Notes: a model not told the origin generated them from the sequence alone. Positions 13,641 through 26,917 are shown, counted from the first letter of the whole stretch. The stretch: 63,056 bases of DNA, filler included, from Octopus bimaculoides (GCF_001194135.2; 3 parts of 3 records of this genome joined end to end with filler, not necessarily neighbours in it), one strand, 5' to 3'. Numbers and translations: made by a program.

Positions 13641-15754
13641 GGTACTATAATCAGATATTTTATGTCGAATTTCACCATAACCACTTTAAGCAATTGTCTT
13701 TCAGCCTCACTTCACATCTGTCGAATCTTGCGAGATATTTGTACCGCTGTTTTTTTTTTGGTTCTTTCCATTTTCATTATCTTGAGACCAACTTAAAAAT
13801 CTGTTTTCGTTTTATATTTTGGTAGGGTTTTTTTTGTTTTCTTTTTCAAAAAATGTATTATTTGTTTTTACACTTATGCCACTTATAATTCAATAGACTG
13901 TGTTTGCAGTGTGTACTCAAACTTTTCTACACGCACGCGCACACAAACACACACATAAATACACAGACACACACACAGACACACACACAAACACAGACAC
14001 ACAGACACACACAGACACACACACACACTCACACATTTGGAAAAGAAGTTATTTTTTTGTTGCCTCGTATTTATCATCTTTAATTTGTTTGGTTTTGTCT
14101 CTAATTTTAATCCTAATGTTATTTTGTAGCTGTTTCCTACATTTATCAGGCCCACACTTTCTATAAGGTGTACCTATATTTTATCGGTAGCAGGTTTGCA
14201 GAGTTAGTCTGTATAGCTGTGAAGAGATTACTGATTATTTCACACCAAACTCATCAGTCCCCTTAATTTCCACAATATTGAACTAAATATGTTATTCGTA
14301 ACAAGGATGGCTAGCATATATTGATATTGAATTTACACTTTAGTAACATACAGAATAATCTGTAGCATCTTTATCTTATGGTCTCCTTTCTTTCTTTGCG
14401 TTGTGTATTATATTTTACAGTTGGTATTTGTGTGGATGGTTCTGATTTCCTTGATTTCAGTGACTATAACTAATTCAATATTCACAATCTTAGTTAATTT
14501 ATCTCCTTTTATACTAATGTATGTGGATTTTTCTAATTCTGTAATCGTTTAATTGTCTTCCCTGAATTTATGCACAGTTCTGAGGGAATTTGCTTTGCAA
14601 AGCGGCAGACCAGAAACACACTTTGAAAAAGGCAGGGCATGTCATTGATAAGATCGGGAATAGTGACACAAAGAATATTACTAAAAACCTGATAAACTTG
14701 ATTGGCTGATAAACAATTTTCTCTATTGGAAACGTTTAGAAAAAACACACGCGATGGTTTTATTTCATCCTATTTAACAATATTTTCTCCTATTACATTT
14801 TATGTTTACTGTAATTTATTTATACCGAACCTGCTTTTGGAATTAGATACGCACGATGTTTTAGCGAGAAAGTTTCAATTATATCAATTAACTTTCATTA
14901 ATTACTTGAGGACATAGTAAATTATTTTTGTTTTTATCTATCTTCTCTAAGCATTTGGCATAGGTGTAACTACTCATTATGTATGTAATTTGCTTTACGG
15001 CACCCTTTCATTTCATTTGGTCTTAAATAGGCTTTCTAGATGACGAACCACCAGCCAGCTCTAATTTGTGATGCTTAAACTTTGTACGGGAGCAGCAGAT
15101 ATATTAAATGAACTATTCTGCAGGGCACTGGTATTTTTTTCTGAATTAGTATTGTTTTCTTCGCTTGCTGGATATTAACTATTGTTTCTTGTCTACTGAT
15201 TGCTTGCTGACTGCTATGGCCATAATATCTATGCGTATTAGAAAGATCTAATACGAAATTTGAGAAGGCCTGAACGTCAGCAAATTTTCAATTGCTTGAG
15301 GTTCTTCAAGCAATAATACAATATGCACTTATAACTAGCACTTTAAGTTCTTCAGGTATTAGATACAAGTTGAGGGCTAACACATTTATTTCCACTCTAC
15401 TCCTGTGAATGAGTAGACCTTTTATTATGCTGACCGGTTTTACACCGTATATCCATTGAATATACTTGAAATCTTATTGCGGTTTTTTTTTTTCATTTTT
15501 ATGAAAGCTGTGAACTGGCAGAATAGCTATCTCAACAATCAGAATTCTTGGCGGCATTCTGTCCGTCTTTATGTTCTGAGTTACACTTCTTCAAAAGTCG
15601 AATTTTCCGTTCATTATTTCGCGATTAATAAAGAAATTATCAGTTGAGCACTGTGTGAGATGATACAAATTTACCCACTTACCTCAGAAATATCTGGCCT
15701 CGAAACAAAATTTGAAACCTAATGCGGTAAGCTGGATAAAGTGTTACGGCGCTG

Positions 15755-16140
15755 AAGAAAGCTTAGTAACATTTTTCTCACTTTTGCCATCTGAGTTCAA
15801 ATACTGTCGGAGACAAATTAGCCGTTTACCATTTCTAGGTCGATGAAATTAGTACAATTTGAGCACTGGGGGCGCGTGTATCCATTATCGCTGCTCCGAA
15901 AAGGCTGGCCTTATACTAAAATCCAAATCCAATAATCTATGTGTTCGCAGAATCTTTAGGATGCCGTAGAAAATGCTTAGCGCCATTTTCTCTGCATTCA
16001 AGTTCTGATTTCAAATTCCTCCGATGTCGACATTGCCTTTCATCATTCGGGGTCGGTAAAATAAGTAGCGGTTGAGCAGTGGGGTCGATGTCATCGACTT
16101 ACGTGAAATGGCTGGCCTGGTGCAGGAATGTCAAACGAAT
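15755..16140 (+). mobile_element. Two adjacent SINE family A copies
   Basis: Two successive core blocks: GAGTTCAAAT..GGTCGATGAAATTAGTAC (15790-15870) and GATGTCGACATTGCCTTTCATCATTCGGGGTCGGTAAAATAAGTA (16020-16075). Confidence 0.75.
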
Positions 16141-16261
16141 ATTTTATGTACCTGTATTTCCCTTTCAATAACATATAGTTTCGGTTATGTCTTGTTTAAA
16201 CTTGTTTTTTCTTGGTAGAGGAGCAATTACTTTTTATAGGTAACATTCTTTTTTCTGCAAA

Positions 16262-16299
<38 letters not shown>

Positions 16300-16748
16300 C
16301 AATGATTTCTTCCAAAGATATGAATCAAATTTTAAACAAGAATTCAGCACAGATAATCCCTTCCTAAAGAAAAGAACTATAAATAATAAACAAAAAATTG
16401 AACAACGCACAAACCACCACCAATTTCAACCACTTAACCAACAACAACCCTCCTCATTACCCTCCATACACCATAAATAGAAATCATTTACAACCACCAC
16501 TTTTGAACCACCCAAAACTAAACAGGGAACAAGCTTACAGACAACGCATTTATGAAATAGATTGCACCAAATATAAAGATCACCCTTACACCAGGAACAG
16601 AACACACCAACAACGTCCCAACACCAGGCATAACCACCCCATAACAACCCAAAACAACACTAGGATAAGAAACACACCACATGCTAGTCACTACTACCCT
16701 ATGACCCAAAATTACTGGCCCCCACCGAACTCAAGAACAACACAAAAT

Positions 16749-16848
16749 NNNNNNNNNNNNNNNNNNNNNNNNNNNNNNNNNNNNNNNNNNNNTTAATTAA
16801 TTAANNNNNNNNNNNNNNNNNNNNNNNNNNNNNNNNNNNNNNNNNNNN
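16749..16848. other. Artificial scaffold join (44 N + TTAATTAATTAA + 44 N)
   Basis: Exactly 100 bp with a six-frame stop linker; the identical construct recurs at 31136-31235. Confidence 0.9.
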
Positions 16849-16992
16849 TATATATATATATATATGTATACATGTATATGTATAGTCATACACTTACACA
16901 CACACACATATATATATACATGCATGCATACAAATACATATGTTCATACACATACACACACATACACACACGTACACATATAATATAATATA

Positions 16993-17042
<50 letters not shown>

Positions 17043-18394
17043 ATGTGTACGTATATATACACACACAGATATATATACAACGCCATCACATAACCAGGTC
17101 AGGTTACCAATCGTAGAAAATCTGTGTATCTGACCAATTGTCAAAGTATCACTTTCGAACATACTTCAACATACCACCCACAGAACGCACTCTCCACACT
17201 GCCATTCTTCAGTTATTTCAGAGGCCTCCCCTATTATTCGAAATTAGTTCACCTAACCTAACTAATTCCTTTGTCTCTCAGCTGCTAACCACTCGACAGA
17301 GTAGCAAGAACGGTGAGTTTCTGTATCAAACATCAAGAAGTATTTTATGTTTCTTTAAATTCGTAATCTTAATTCTACAGTTTTTGACGTTGTTTTTATC
17401 CTTTCTGAGATCACAGAATAACTGATGTACCAGTTATTGCTGTCACTGTTGTATGTTTTGCTCTGATACAACAATAATGTAGTAGATCAAGTATTCAAGG
17501 TTTCATTTATTCACACTTTGTGTATGTCACAATATTGCTGCTGTTTAGATGTTGTTCTTGCTGCTCTTGTTCTTTAACCCAGTCATTTCTAAACAGATCC
17601 ATGGTCACATGTATTTTAGTATCAAGCTTATTGCTTTAAAAAATGTTCATACGTATCTCAGTCGAAATTATTCAATGTTCCATTCCTTGCTTCTCCGTGT
17701 GTGGTTGCTATTTCTAACAAATCTATAGTACTGCATACAGGATCCCACACAGACTCAAATAAGATACCAGCTATGTACTGACAGTCGCCGATCAATCTGA
17801 AGTCAAAAACTTCCTCGCAAATGTGCAGCATTGTGTTAATATAAAAAAAATCAATAATGTAAACTTGAGGTAGTTTATAAGTGTGTGGATTTGCTAAAAG
17901 AGGCAATTGTATCTTTTGCACTTGTCATTGCTTCGGACTTTCTTTATTTCTCGGTTCTCGGTCCTCACCTCTCTAGTGTCATGACATTCAATCTTAGCAA
18001 TTGCATAAGCAAGTGCCAGGAAGCTTAAGACACGGAAAACGGAATTCTTGACTGTTTTCTCCCCTCTTCACTTCGGCTTGACGACCAAGTACACTTACCA
18101 TTTTTAACCGAATAAAAAGGATAGATCAATAACAGATAATCTGCGTTTTCTCTACATGTTTGTTTCGTTGTTGCTGTTGTTTGTTTTGAGTTTTTATTGT
18201 TTGCTTTTTTTTTGGTAGGGGTGGAGTAGATTTTTCTATTTCCCTTTTCCCCCTTTTTTGTTGTCTTCTGTGTTATTTTACTACGACATTTTGGTTACTT
18301 CCCAGACACTCAAATTATTTATTTATTTATTTATTTCACACGTTCGTGTTACAGAGTGTGTGAGTACATATCTGTATGTGTGTGTGTATGTGTG

Positions 18395-18445
<51 letters not shown>

Positions 18446-18651
18446 NNNNNNNNNNNNNNNNNNNNNNNNNNNNNNNNNNNNNNNNNNNNNNNNNNNNNNN
18501 NNNNNNNNNNNNNNNNNNNNNNNNNNNNNNNNNNNNNNNNNNNNNNNNNNNNNNNNNNNNNNNNNNNNNNNNNNNNNNNNNNNNNNNNNNNNNNNNNNNN
18601 NNNNNNNNNNNNNNNNNNNNNNNNNNNNNNNNNNNNNNNNNNNNNNNNNNN

Positions 18652-18686
<35 letters not shown>

Positions 18687-18979
18687 AAGATATACATGTT
18701 TATGTGCGCATCTATGTATACATAAACATACACATATCGGCACATATATATGTATGAATGCATGTGTGTTTGAATACATAAGCATCCATACAAACACACA
18801 TACATACATATACATATATAGATACATACAGGCATACATACATACATACTTACATTACATGCTTATATGTATGCATACCTATGTATGTGTATATCTATGT
18901 ACGTATCTGCAACGTAAAATATATTCACTTTTTTAATTTCAACGAAAACATGACGTCCTTTTCTCACCCACCACATTCT

Positions 18980-19031
<52 letters not shown>

Positions 19032-20200
19032 NNNNNNNNNNNNNNNNNNNNNNNNNNNNNNNNNNNNNNNNNNNNNNNNNNNNNNNNNNNNNNNNNNNNN
19101 NNNNNNNNNNNNNNNNNNNNNNNNNNNNNNNNNNNNNNNNNNNNNNNNNNNNNNNNNNNNNNNNNNNNNNNNNNNNNNNNNNNNNNNNNNNNNNNNNNNN
19201 NNNNNNNNNNNNNNNNNNNNNNNNNNNNNNNNNNNNNNNNNNNNNNNNNNNNNNNNNNNNNNNNNNNNNNNNNNNNNNNNNNNNNNNNNNNNNNNNNNNN
19301 NNNNNNNNNNNNNNNNNNNNNNNNNNNNNNNNNNNNNNNNNNNNNNNNNNNNNNNNNNNNNNNNNNNNNNNNNNNNNNNNNNNNNNNNNNNNNNNNNNNN
19401 NNNNNNNNAAAGAGAACCATGATGATGATGGGGAGGAGGGTGGTGGTGGTGGTGGTGGCTGTAGTTGGGGGGGTTGGTGGTTGGGGGGTTGGTCTTCGTG
19501 ATGATGAGGAAGTGAAGGAGGAGGACGACAAGCCACGTCCATGACCACAACCACGATGATGACGAAGACGACGACGACGACGACGACGACGACAGTAAAC
19601 GACGTGGAAGATGTGGCGGAGAAGGTTAGTGATGGAAGAAAGGCAAAATCTATCGGCTGAAGTAGGAAGAAGAAAAGTGGGTGAAGCAGAATGTGTGCGA
19701 CTTGACACTCGCCCATTCGTTTCACTCACTTCTTCTCCTGTTGCTGCCATTAAACATCAGCGTTTATAGTTGACATTTCTTGTTTAATTACTATTCTCAT
19801 TTTTTTTTCTTCCTCTATATACGTATTTTTACGCATGTGCACGTGTTTCTTCTACGTGTAGGCGTGCGATGCTCTTCAATTCTGTTTTGTTTATTTGTTG
19901 TTTTTTAGCCCCTCACTACAATTATCAACGTCAGTACCAACCCAGTCCCCTTCAAATACAATAAAATCTTATAACCAACTCTCTGTCAAACGCTTTCTCC
20001 TATCTCTCTTTTCTCTTTCTTTATTTCCCTCTTTCTTTTCCGTTTTCTCTCTCTCTCTCTCTCTTTCATTCTTTCTATTTTACTCCCTTCTTTTTTCTTC
20101 CCTGTCTCATTTTTCCCATGTCTCTCTCCCTTTCTTCGTCTTTCTCTCCCTCTCTCTCTCTCCTTCTCTGTCTGTCTGTCTCCATTCTCTCTCTCCCTCC

Positions 20201-20231
<31 letters not shown>

Positions 20232-20958
20232 CATACACACGCACATTCACTCACACATACATACATACATACATACGTATGTATGTATGTATGTATGTAT
20301 GTTCTTTCTTTAGTCAACGCTTACGAAATAAAACACAATCACCTGAATAACAATACGAAAAGCAAAGAAAAGAAGAAAATTCTAAATGAATTACTTTTGA
20401 TCGGTGATTATTTTCAACTCCAACATTTTTGTCCGGTAGTTGGCAGTCAGAAACATTTGAAGACGTATATGCATGTATGAATGTACGTATGTTTGTGTGT
20501 ATGTATATATGCTTGTATCTATATATGCTTGTATGTATGCATGTATTATGTATGCATGTCATTATTCAGTTTATTTCAAGATTTCATACCAATAGAGAAA
20601 GAACTGGTTTCTAACCTAGTTCCAAGGATCCTTCATTGGAATTTCAGCATCATTAACAATGTATTTTTGGATTTATGTGTATGTGGGGTATTTCGAGTCA
20701 GTGCACGTGCAGATTTATAGTTTTTGCTTTTCTCTGTATTCTCATGCACGTAGTTGCATATCTAGACATGTCTATATATACATATATATNNNNNNNNNNN
20801 NNNNNNNNNNNNNNNNNNNNNNNNNNNNNNNNNNNNNNNNNNNNNNNNNNNNNNNNNNNNNNNNNNNNNNNNNNNNNNNNNNNNNNNNNNNNNNNNNNNN
20901 NNNNNNNNNNNNNNNNNNNNNATATATATATATATATATATATAGTTCAAACTTACTC

Positions 20959-21716
20959 TATACTCATATATTGTTTGTATCACACGACAGAACGCACGCG
21001 TTACCTTTACACAGTAAGTTTGAACTATTTTTCTAACGTGACTCTCTCTATCTCCATATCTATCTCTCCCTCTCATTCTTCCCTCTACTGTTCTTCGCCT
21101 CTCTCTGTCACTACTATCTCTCTCTCTCTCTCGTTGCTCGTCCTTCGCCTCTCACCGTCACTACTACTATCTCTCTCCCTCTCTACCTCTCGTTGCTCAC
21201 TTTTATTCTACTTCCACCCCTTCTTCTCCCTCTGTTACTCTTTCTCCCTACCCGGCGCTGGTCCTGTGTGTCCGGTTGCTATTTCTTTTCGTTCTTCGAC
21301 TTCCAAAGCTCGCACGCACTTCTTCGCCTCTCCAGTTCGTGCTTCACAGCGTTCAATACATACACACTTTTCCACGTCTGGTTGTACAGCCTTTTTGTTT
21401 GCTTATTTCACCGTTTCGTTTTCCTGTCTTGTTTTCCGTCTGTCACTATCCTCCACGAAAAAAAATTTAATTTGTGTTCGTGGGAAGAGCCATTTTAACA
21501 ATGCGTACTGCCCTAACTCTTCGAAACGCCGGTGTTTTAACGGTGGCAGCTGATGAAGGGTATGTTCTGTATGTGGCCTGCTTGTTTGTTGTACCTTGTT
21601 TATCATGTTGTCCATGTTATTTTGCAACGTCATGTACCCAGATATGTATCTATATGTACATGCAGATGAAGTTATGTACATACATGTACATATATATGCA
21701 TATACTCATATATTGT
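20959..21716 (+). mobile_element. ORF-less element with terminal redundancy and hammerhead core motifs (copy A)
   Basis: 16-bp direct repeat TATACTCATATATTGT at 20959-20974 and 21701-21716. GAAAC at 21523-21527, CTGATGA at 21550-21556. Colinear with the minus-strand copy at 56657-57817. Confidence 0.65.
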
Positions 21717-21735
21717 CTATATATATATATATATT

Positions 21736-21916
21736 TGTAAAAATATGTGACACTTATTCAGTAGCCATGATAAAACTCCGAGTTTCGGATGCCAGGGTGG
21801 GAGCCCACTCCAACATCGCTTCAGTTATCCGGCCATTGAAACTTCCTGTGAAAAATCTCACATCCGAAACTCGGAGTTTAATCATGGCTACTGAAAAAGT
21901 ATCACATATTTTTACA
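21736..21916. mobile_element. MITE, 181 bp, 56-bp TIRs
   Basis: Arms 21736-21791 and 21861-21916 are reverse complements with 3 mismatches; 69-bp spacer. No TSD resolvable except a possible TA. Confidence 0.85.
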
Positions 21917-22706
21917 GATAAATTCCTCTATTTGCATAATATCGAGGTCTCTTTCATTCTTTTGTTGTCTTTCCTGTCAAATATATATATATATATATAN
22001 NNNNNNNNNNNNNNNNNNNNNNNNNNNNNNNNNNNNNNNNNNNNNNNNNNNNNNNNNNNNNNNNNNNNNNNNNNNNNNNNNNNNNNNNNNNNNNNNNNNN
22101 NNNNNNNNNNNNNNNNNNNNNNNNNNNNNNNNNNNNNNNNNNNNNNNNNNNNNNNNNNNNNNNNNNNNNNNNNNNNNNNNNNNNNNNNNNNNNNNNNNNN
22201 NNNNNNNNNNNNNNNNNNNNNNNNNNNNNNNNNNNNNNNNNNNNNNNNNNNNNNNNNNNNNNNNNNNNNNNNNNNNNNNNNNNNNNNNNNNNNNNNNNNN
22301 NNNNNNNNNNNNNNNNNNNNNNNNNNNNNNNNNNNNNNNNNNNNNNNNNNNNNNNNNNNNNNNNNNNNNNNNNNNNNNNNNNNNNNNNNNNNNNNNNNNN
22401 NNNNNNNNNNNNNNNNNNNNNNNNNNNNNNNNNNNNNNNNNNNNNNNNNNNNNNNNNNNNNNNNNNNNNNNNNNNNNNNNNNNNNNNNNNNNNNNNNNNN
22501 NNNNNNNNNNNNNNNNNNNNNNNNNNNNNNNNNNNNNNNNNNNNNNNNNNNNNNNNNNNNNNNNNNNNNNNNNNNNNNNNNNNNNNNNNNNNNNNNNNNN
22601 NNNNNNNNNNNNNNNNNNNNNNNNNNNNNNNNNNNNNNNNNNNNNNNNNNNNNNNNNNNNNNNNNNNNNNNNNNNNNNNNNNNNNNNNNNNNNNNNNNNN
22701 NNNNNN

Positions 22707-22772
<66 letters not shown>

Positions 22773-22794
22773 AATATTTGGTGTTAGTGTATGC

Positions 22795-23630
22795 GTAGAT
22801 TTGTATGTTTGTTTCATGGATGCGTTTTTATGTATACATTTTCATGTATAGGCATATGCATATGTATTTATGTACAGATTTGTATGTTTGTTTTATGGGT
22901 GCGTTTTTACGTATATATTTTCATGTCTAGATGCATGCATATGTATTTATGTGCTAAATTTTTGGAAAGTTTTACATATCTTTACAGTTCCATTGATGGC
23001 TTGAATCTGTAGTCTTCTAATCAGCCTTTTACTTTCAGGTTTTTAGAACCCTAATTTTTCCAGGTTTTTGTTGAGGCAGTTCGTTACATATCCCAATACC
23101 CCAACAATCACGGGTATGAATCTGAACTTGTAGTCTGGGTGGAGTATCTGCAAATTTCTCAGTAGCTCGGCGTAGTTTTTCTCTTTTTCTTTAATCTTTA
23201 GTGTGATGCTGACATCCGCAGGACAAGTGATTTCTACTACTGTACACAGTTTCTCTTCTCTGTTCCAGATTACTATATCCGGTCTATTATGCCTGCATTT
23301 TATTGAGGTTTTTATTGGGACATTCCACCAATACTCTTTCATATTGTGAGTGGTAATGGCCTCTACCTCAATATGGGTTTTCATCTCCTTAGCACCGGGG
23401 TTATCCTGTCGGCGGATTTCATTGTACAGTGTCTTGGCCACAACATCATGTCTCATAGGTAGGTAATACCGTGATGACATTTTTGGACAGCTGCTGATGA
23501 TGTGGGTGATATCTTCGATACTGATTCCAAAGAGTCTGCATCTATTATTACACTGTGGCGCTTTGCCTGCCTCTCTGTCCCGTTTGTTTATTAGGTATTT
23601 GGTTGCTATTTCTTGTTCTTGAATAGCATG
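22795..23630 (-). mobile_element. 5'-truncated R4/Dong-type LINE: zinc knuckle, restriction-like endonuclease and 3'UTR
   Basis: CRLFGISIEDITHIISSCP (C-x2-C mutated), RHDVVAK, RPDIVIW..VVEITCP..KEKNY..IPVIVGVLG. One premature TAA at 23043-23045; the frame continues KPESKRLIRRLQIQAINGTVKICKTFQKFST* to 22947. The 3'UTR has a tandem duplication of about 75 bp. Confidence 0.9.
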
Positions 23631-26571
23631 TATGTAAGTATGTATGTATGTATGTATGTATGTATGTATGTGTGTATGTATGTATGTATGTATGTATGTA
23701 TGTATGTATGTATATAGATACATACATATTTTCTTTCTTTCTCTAAATTTTTTGGTTTATTTTTTGACCGGCCACTTTTCCGGTGGCAAGGTTGTAGAGA
23801 AAAAGAAATTGTCATCGTCGGTTATAAACGTTTCTTTTGAATCGTAAAAAACGTTTAACGAATTTCGAAAGTTCCAGCTGCCGCGGTTTCGTGAAACTTA
23901 TCAATTATAGTGATACTTTCTTTCTACACAAATCTGGTGTGTTGGTACATAATCTACAGCTCCAAACAATAATGGATATGAAGCTGAGCGTATATCTTGC
24001 GTACGGATCTACAAATTTCTTATCCGCCTTCTCTTGCATTTTTCGTACCACAATTACATCAAGTGGGCAGCTTATTTCAACAGCTCTTTCAAGAAAAGAT
24101 GCGCAGTTGGTGCCATTCTTTTCAGGCAGTCCACAACACACCTTTTGGTGGCAATTTATTCAATCTACGGGGGAAAATTGATTGAAACACTGCTTATGGT
24201 CAATGATCTCTAGACAGCTATAATATGGTTGCAATCTTATTTGCATTTCAAGTTGGAATTTAGGCAGAAACGCAGCCTGTGCACTAATTGTATTTATTAT
24301 TACGTTATCAGGCGTAATATTACCGGAAATTTAAATATGTACATATATATCTGTTTATATATACACACTCATGAACTCATGCACATACAAATGCGCGCGC
24401 GCACGCACACACAAACACATATATATGAATAAATAGAATGCCCATTAAAGTAAATAGAAATATACATTCTACAAGTCTGTTATGATTCGTGTTTGTAATT
24501 CTTTTGCCGAACTATCGAATAATTTATGCAATAAAGTTTTATTTTCCAATATAAACGAGATATTTTTCTGATACGAAGTCTACAAGCATTGAATAGCTTG
24601 TCATGTGAGGTCTGTATACCAAGTATAGCAAAATGATGGCAAATGGCTTAAGAAAAATTAAGGATCACTGCTTAACTCAAATATAAACAGCCAAGTAGGA
24701 ATTTGCTCCAGCATAATATCATTAGAAAAGTTGTAATCTAGGTTTGCTTATACGGTTTCTGCAATTTTAGGCATGATGCAACAAAAATACTCGTCATTAA
24801 CCTTTATCAGAAGGTATCTAAAGATTTTTCATTAGCTGATCAATCACATTTAAGCAATTCTTTTCGCCTGGTGTTGACAGGCCGCTTGTTTCCTTCATTT
24901 TTGTACTGATAATGAGAGATGTGAGAACTGGTCTACGAGAACTATAGATTGTTTTAATAGCACTGACACAACCTCTACGCCGTGCATACAAACCAATTTC
25001 TTGATTTCCAACGTTTCGACCAACCACCATTTTTTCTTCATTGCATGTGTTTGTTTATTGGCAACAGGTGAAGTACTTTTTTGTTGATCTTGCCATCACA
25101 GAACAGTGCATTATATACATATTTATACTGTGGCGTCTAGTGAGAGTCATTTTCATTTTGTGCCTTATCATTTAAACGAAATATATATGTGTGTGTGTGT
25201 GGGTGTGTGGGTGCGTGTGTATGTGTGTGTGTGCGTGCGTACGTGTATGTGCGTGTGTGTGTGCGTACGTGCGTGCGTGCGTGCGTGTGTGTGTGTGTGT
25301 GTGCGTGCGTGTGTGTGTNNNNNNNNNNNNNNNNNNNNNNNNNNNNNNNNNNNNNNNNNNNNNNNNNNNNNNNNNNNNNNNNNNNNNNNNNNNNNNNNNN
25401 NNNNNNNNNNNNNNNNNNNNNNNNNNNNNNNNNNNNNNNNNNNNNNNNNNNNNNNNNNNNNNNNNNNNNNNNNNNNNNNNNNNNNNNNNNNNNNNNNNNN
25501 NNNNNNNNNNNNNNNNNNNNNNNNNNNNNNNNNNNNNNNNNNNNNNNNNNNNNNNNNNNNNNNNNNNNNNNNNNNNNNNNNNNNNNNNNNNNNNNNNNNN
25601 NNNNNNNNNNNNNNNNNNNNNNNNNNNNNNNNNNNNNNNNNNNNNNNNNNNNNNNNNNNNNNNNNNNNNNNNNNNNNNNNNNNNNNNNNNNNNNNNNNNN
25701 NNNNNNNNNNNNNNNNNNNNNNNNNNNNNNNNNNNNNNNNNNNNNNNNNNNNNNNNNNNNNNNNNNNNNNNNNNNNNNNNNNNNNNNNNNNNNNNNNNNN
25801 NNNNNNNNNNNNNNNNNNNNNNNNNNNNNNNNNNNNNNNNNNNNNNNNNNNNNNNNNNNNNNNNNNNNNNNNNNNNNNNNNNNNNNNNNNNNNNNNNNNN
25901 NNNNNNNNNNNNNNNNNNNNNNNNNNNNNNNNNNNNNNNNNNNNNNNNNNNNNNNNNNNNNNNNNNNNNNNNNNNNNNNNNNNNNNNNNNNNNNNNNNNN
26001 NNNNNNNNNNNNNNNNNNNNNNNNNNNNNNNNNNNNNNNNNNNNNNNNNNNNNNNNNNNNNNNNNNNNNNNNNNNNNNNNNNNNNNNNNNNNNNNNNNNN
26101 NNNNNNNNNNNNNNNNNNNNNNNNNNNNNNNNNNNNNNNNNNNNNNNNNNNNNNNNNNNNNNNNNNNNNNNNNNNNNNNNNNNNNNNNNNNNNNNNNNNN
26201 NNNNNNNNNNNNNNNNNNNNNNNNNNNNNNNNNNNNNNNNNNNNNNNNNNNNNNNNNNNNNNNNNNNNNNNNNNNNNNNNNNNNNCGTGCTTTCCCCCAT
26301 TCACGCCTCCCCACCTCCCAACACCTTCACATCACACCACGCTACACCATATCACACATCACTTCACAACACACCACCACACACACACCAACACTGACCA
26401 ACTCCCATCCCCTCATTTTCACACCTTCACACCTACATACACACATGAATACGTTAAAATCACCAGCATTCTCTCACACACACGCACCTTCGTTTTGGGA
26501 TCACTACTACTTTCTTATCTCCCCTTCTTCTTAACTCTCCTGTGTGACTCTTCTGTCCGGCATTTTCCACG

Positions 26572-26631
26572 ATAGATCGCTGAGCACTACACACATTTTT
26601 TTCTCTCTTTGTTTCTCTCTTTGTTTCTTTG
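26572..26631 (+). mobile_element. Start of the Penelope-type end sequence, cut by a gap
   Basis: GATAGATCGCTGA..TTTTTTTCTCTCTTTGTTTCTC matches 36668-36730. Confidence 0.5.
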
Positions 26632-26917
26632 NNNNNNNNNNNNNNNNNNNNNNNNNNNNNNNNNNNNNNNNNNNNNNNNNNNNNNNNNNNNNNNNNNNNN
26701 NNNNNNNNNNNNNNNNNNNNNNNNNNNNNNNNNNNNNNNNNNNNNNNNNNNNNNNNNNNNNNNNNNNNNNNNNNNNNNNNNNNNNNNNNNNNNNNNNNNN
26801 NNNNNNNNNNNNNNNNNNNNNNNNNNNNNNNNNNNNNNNNNNNNNNNNNNNNNNNNNNNNNNNNNNNNNNNNNNNNNNNNNNNNNNNNNNNNNNNNNNNN
26901 NNNNNNNNNNNNNNNNN

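Noticed and set aside
14230-14260. CTGATGA..GAAA on the minus strand as a hammerhead
   Set aside because: Helices I and II cannot be formed.
16793-16804. TTAATTAATTAA as a regulatory or palindromic site (also 31180-31191)
   Set aside because: It is centred in 44 N + 44 N at both places, making a 100-bp artificial gap with stops in all six frames.
17658-17921. 87-aa minus-strand ORF
   Set aside because: No recognisable motif or convincing exon boundaries; within chance expectation.
18863-19750. 295-aa ORF with poly-R/S/T tracts
   Set aside because: It is built from trinucleotide repeats, a gap and (GA)n; no recognisable domain.
23830-25030. Possible decayed transposase in CpG-richer unique-looking DNA
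   Set aside because: All frames are interrupted and I found no catalytic or family motif.
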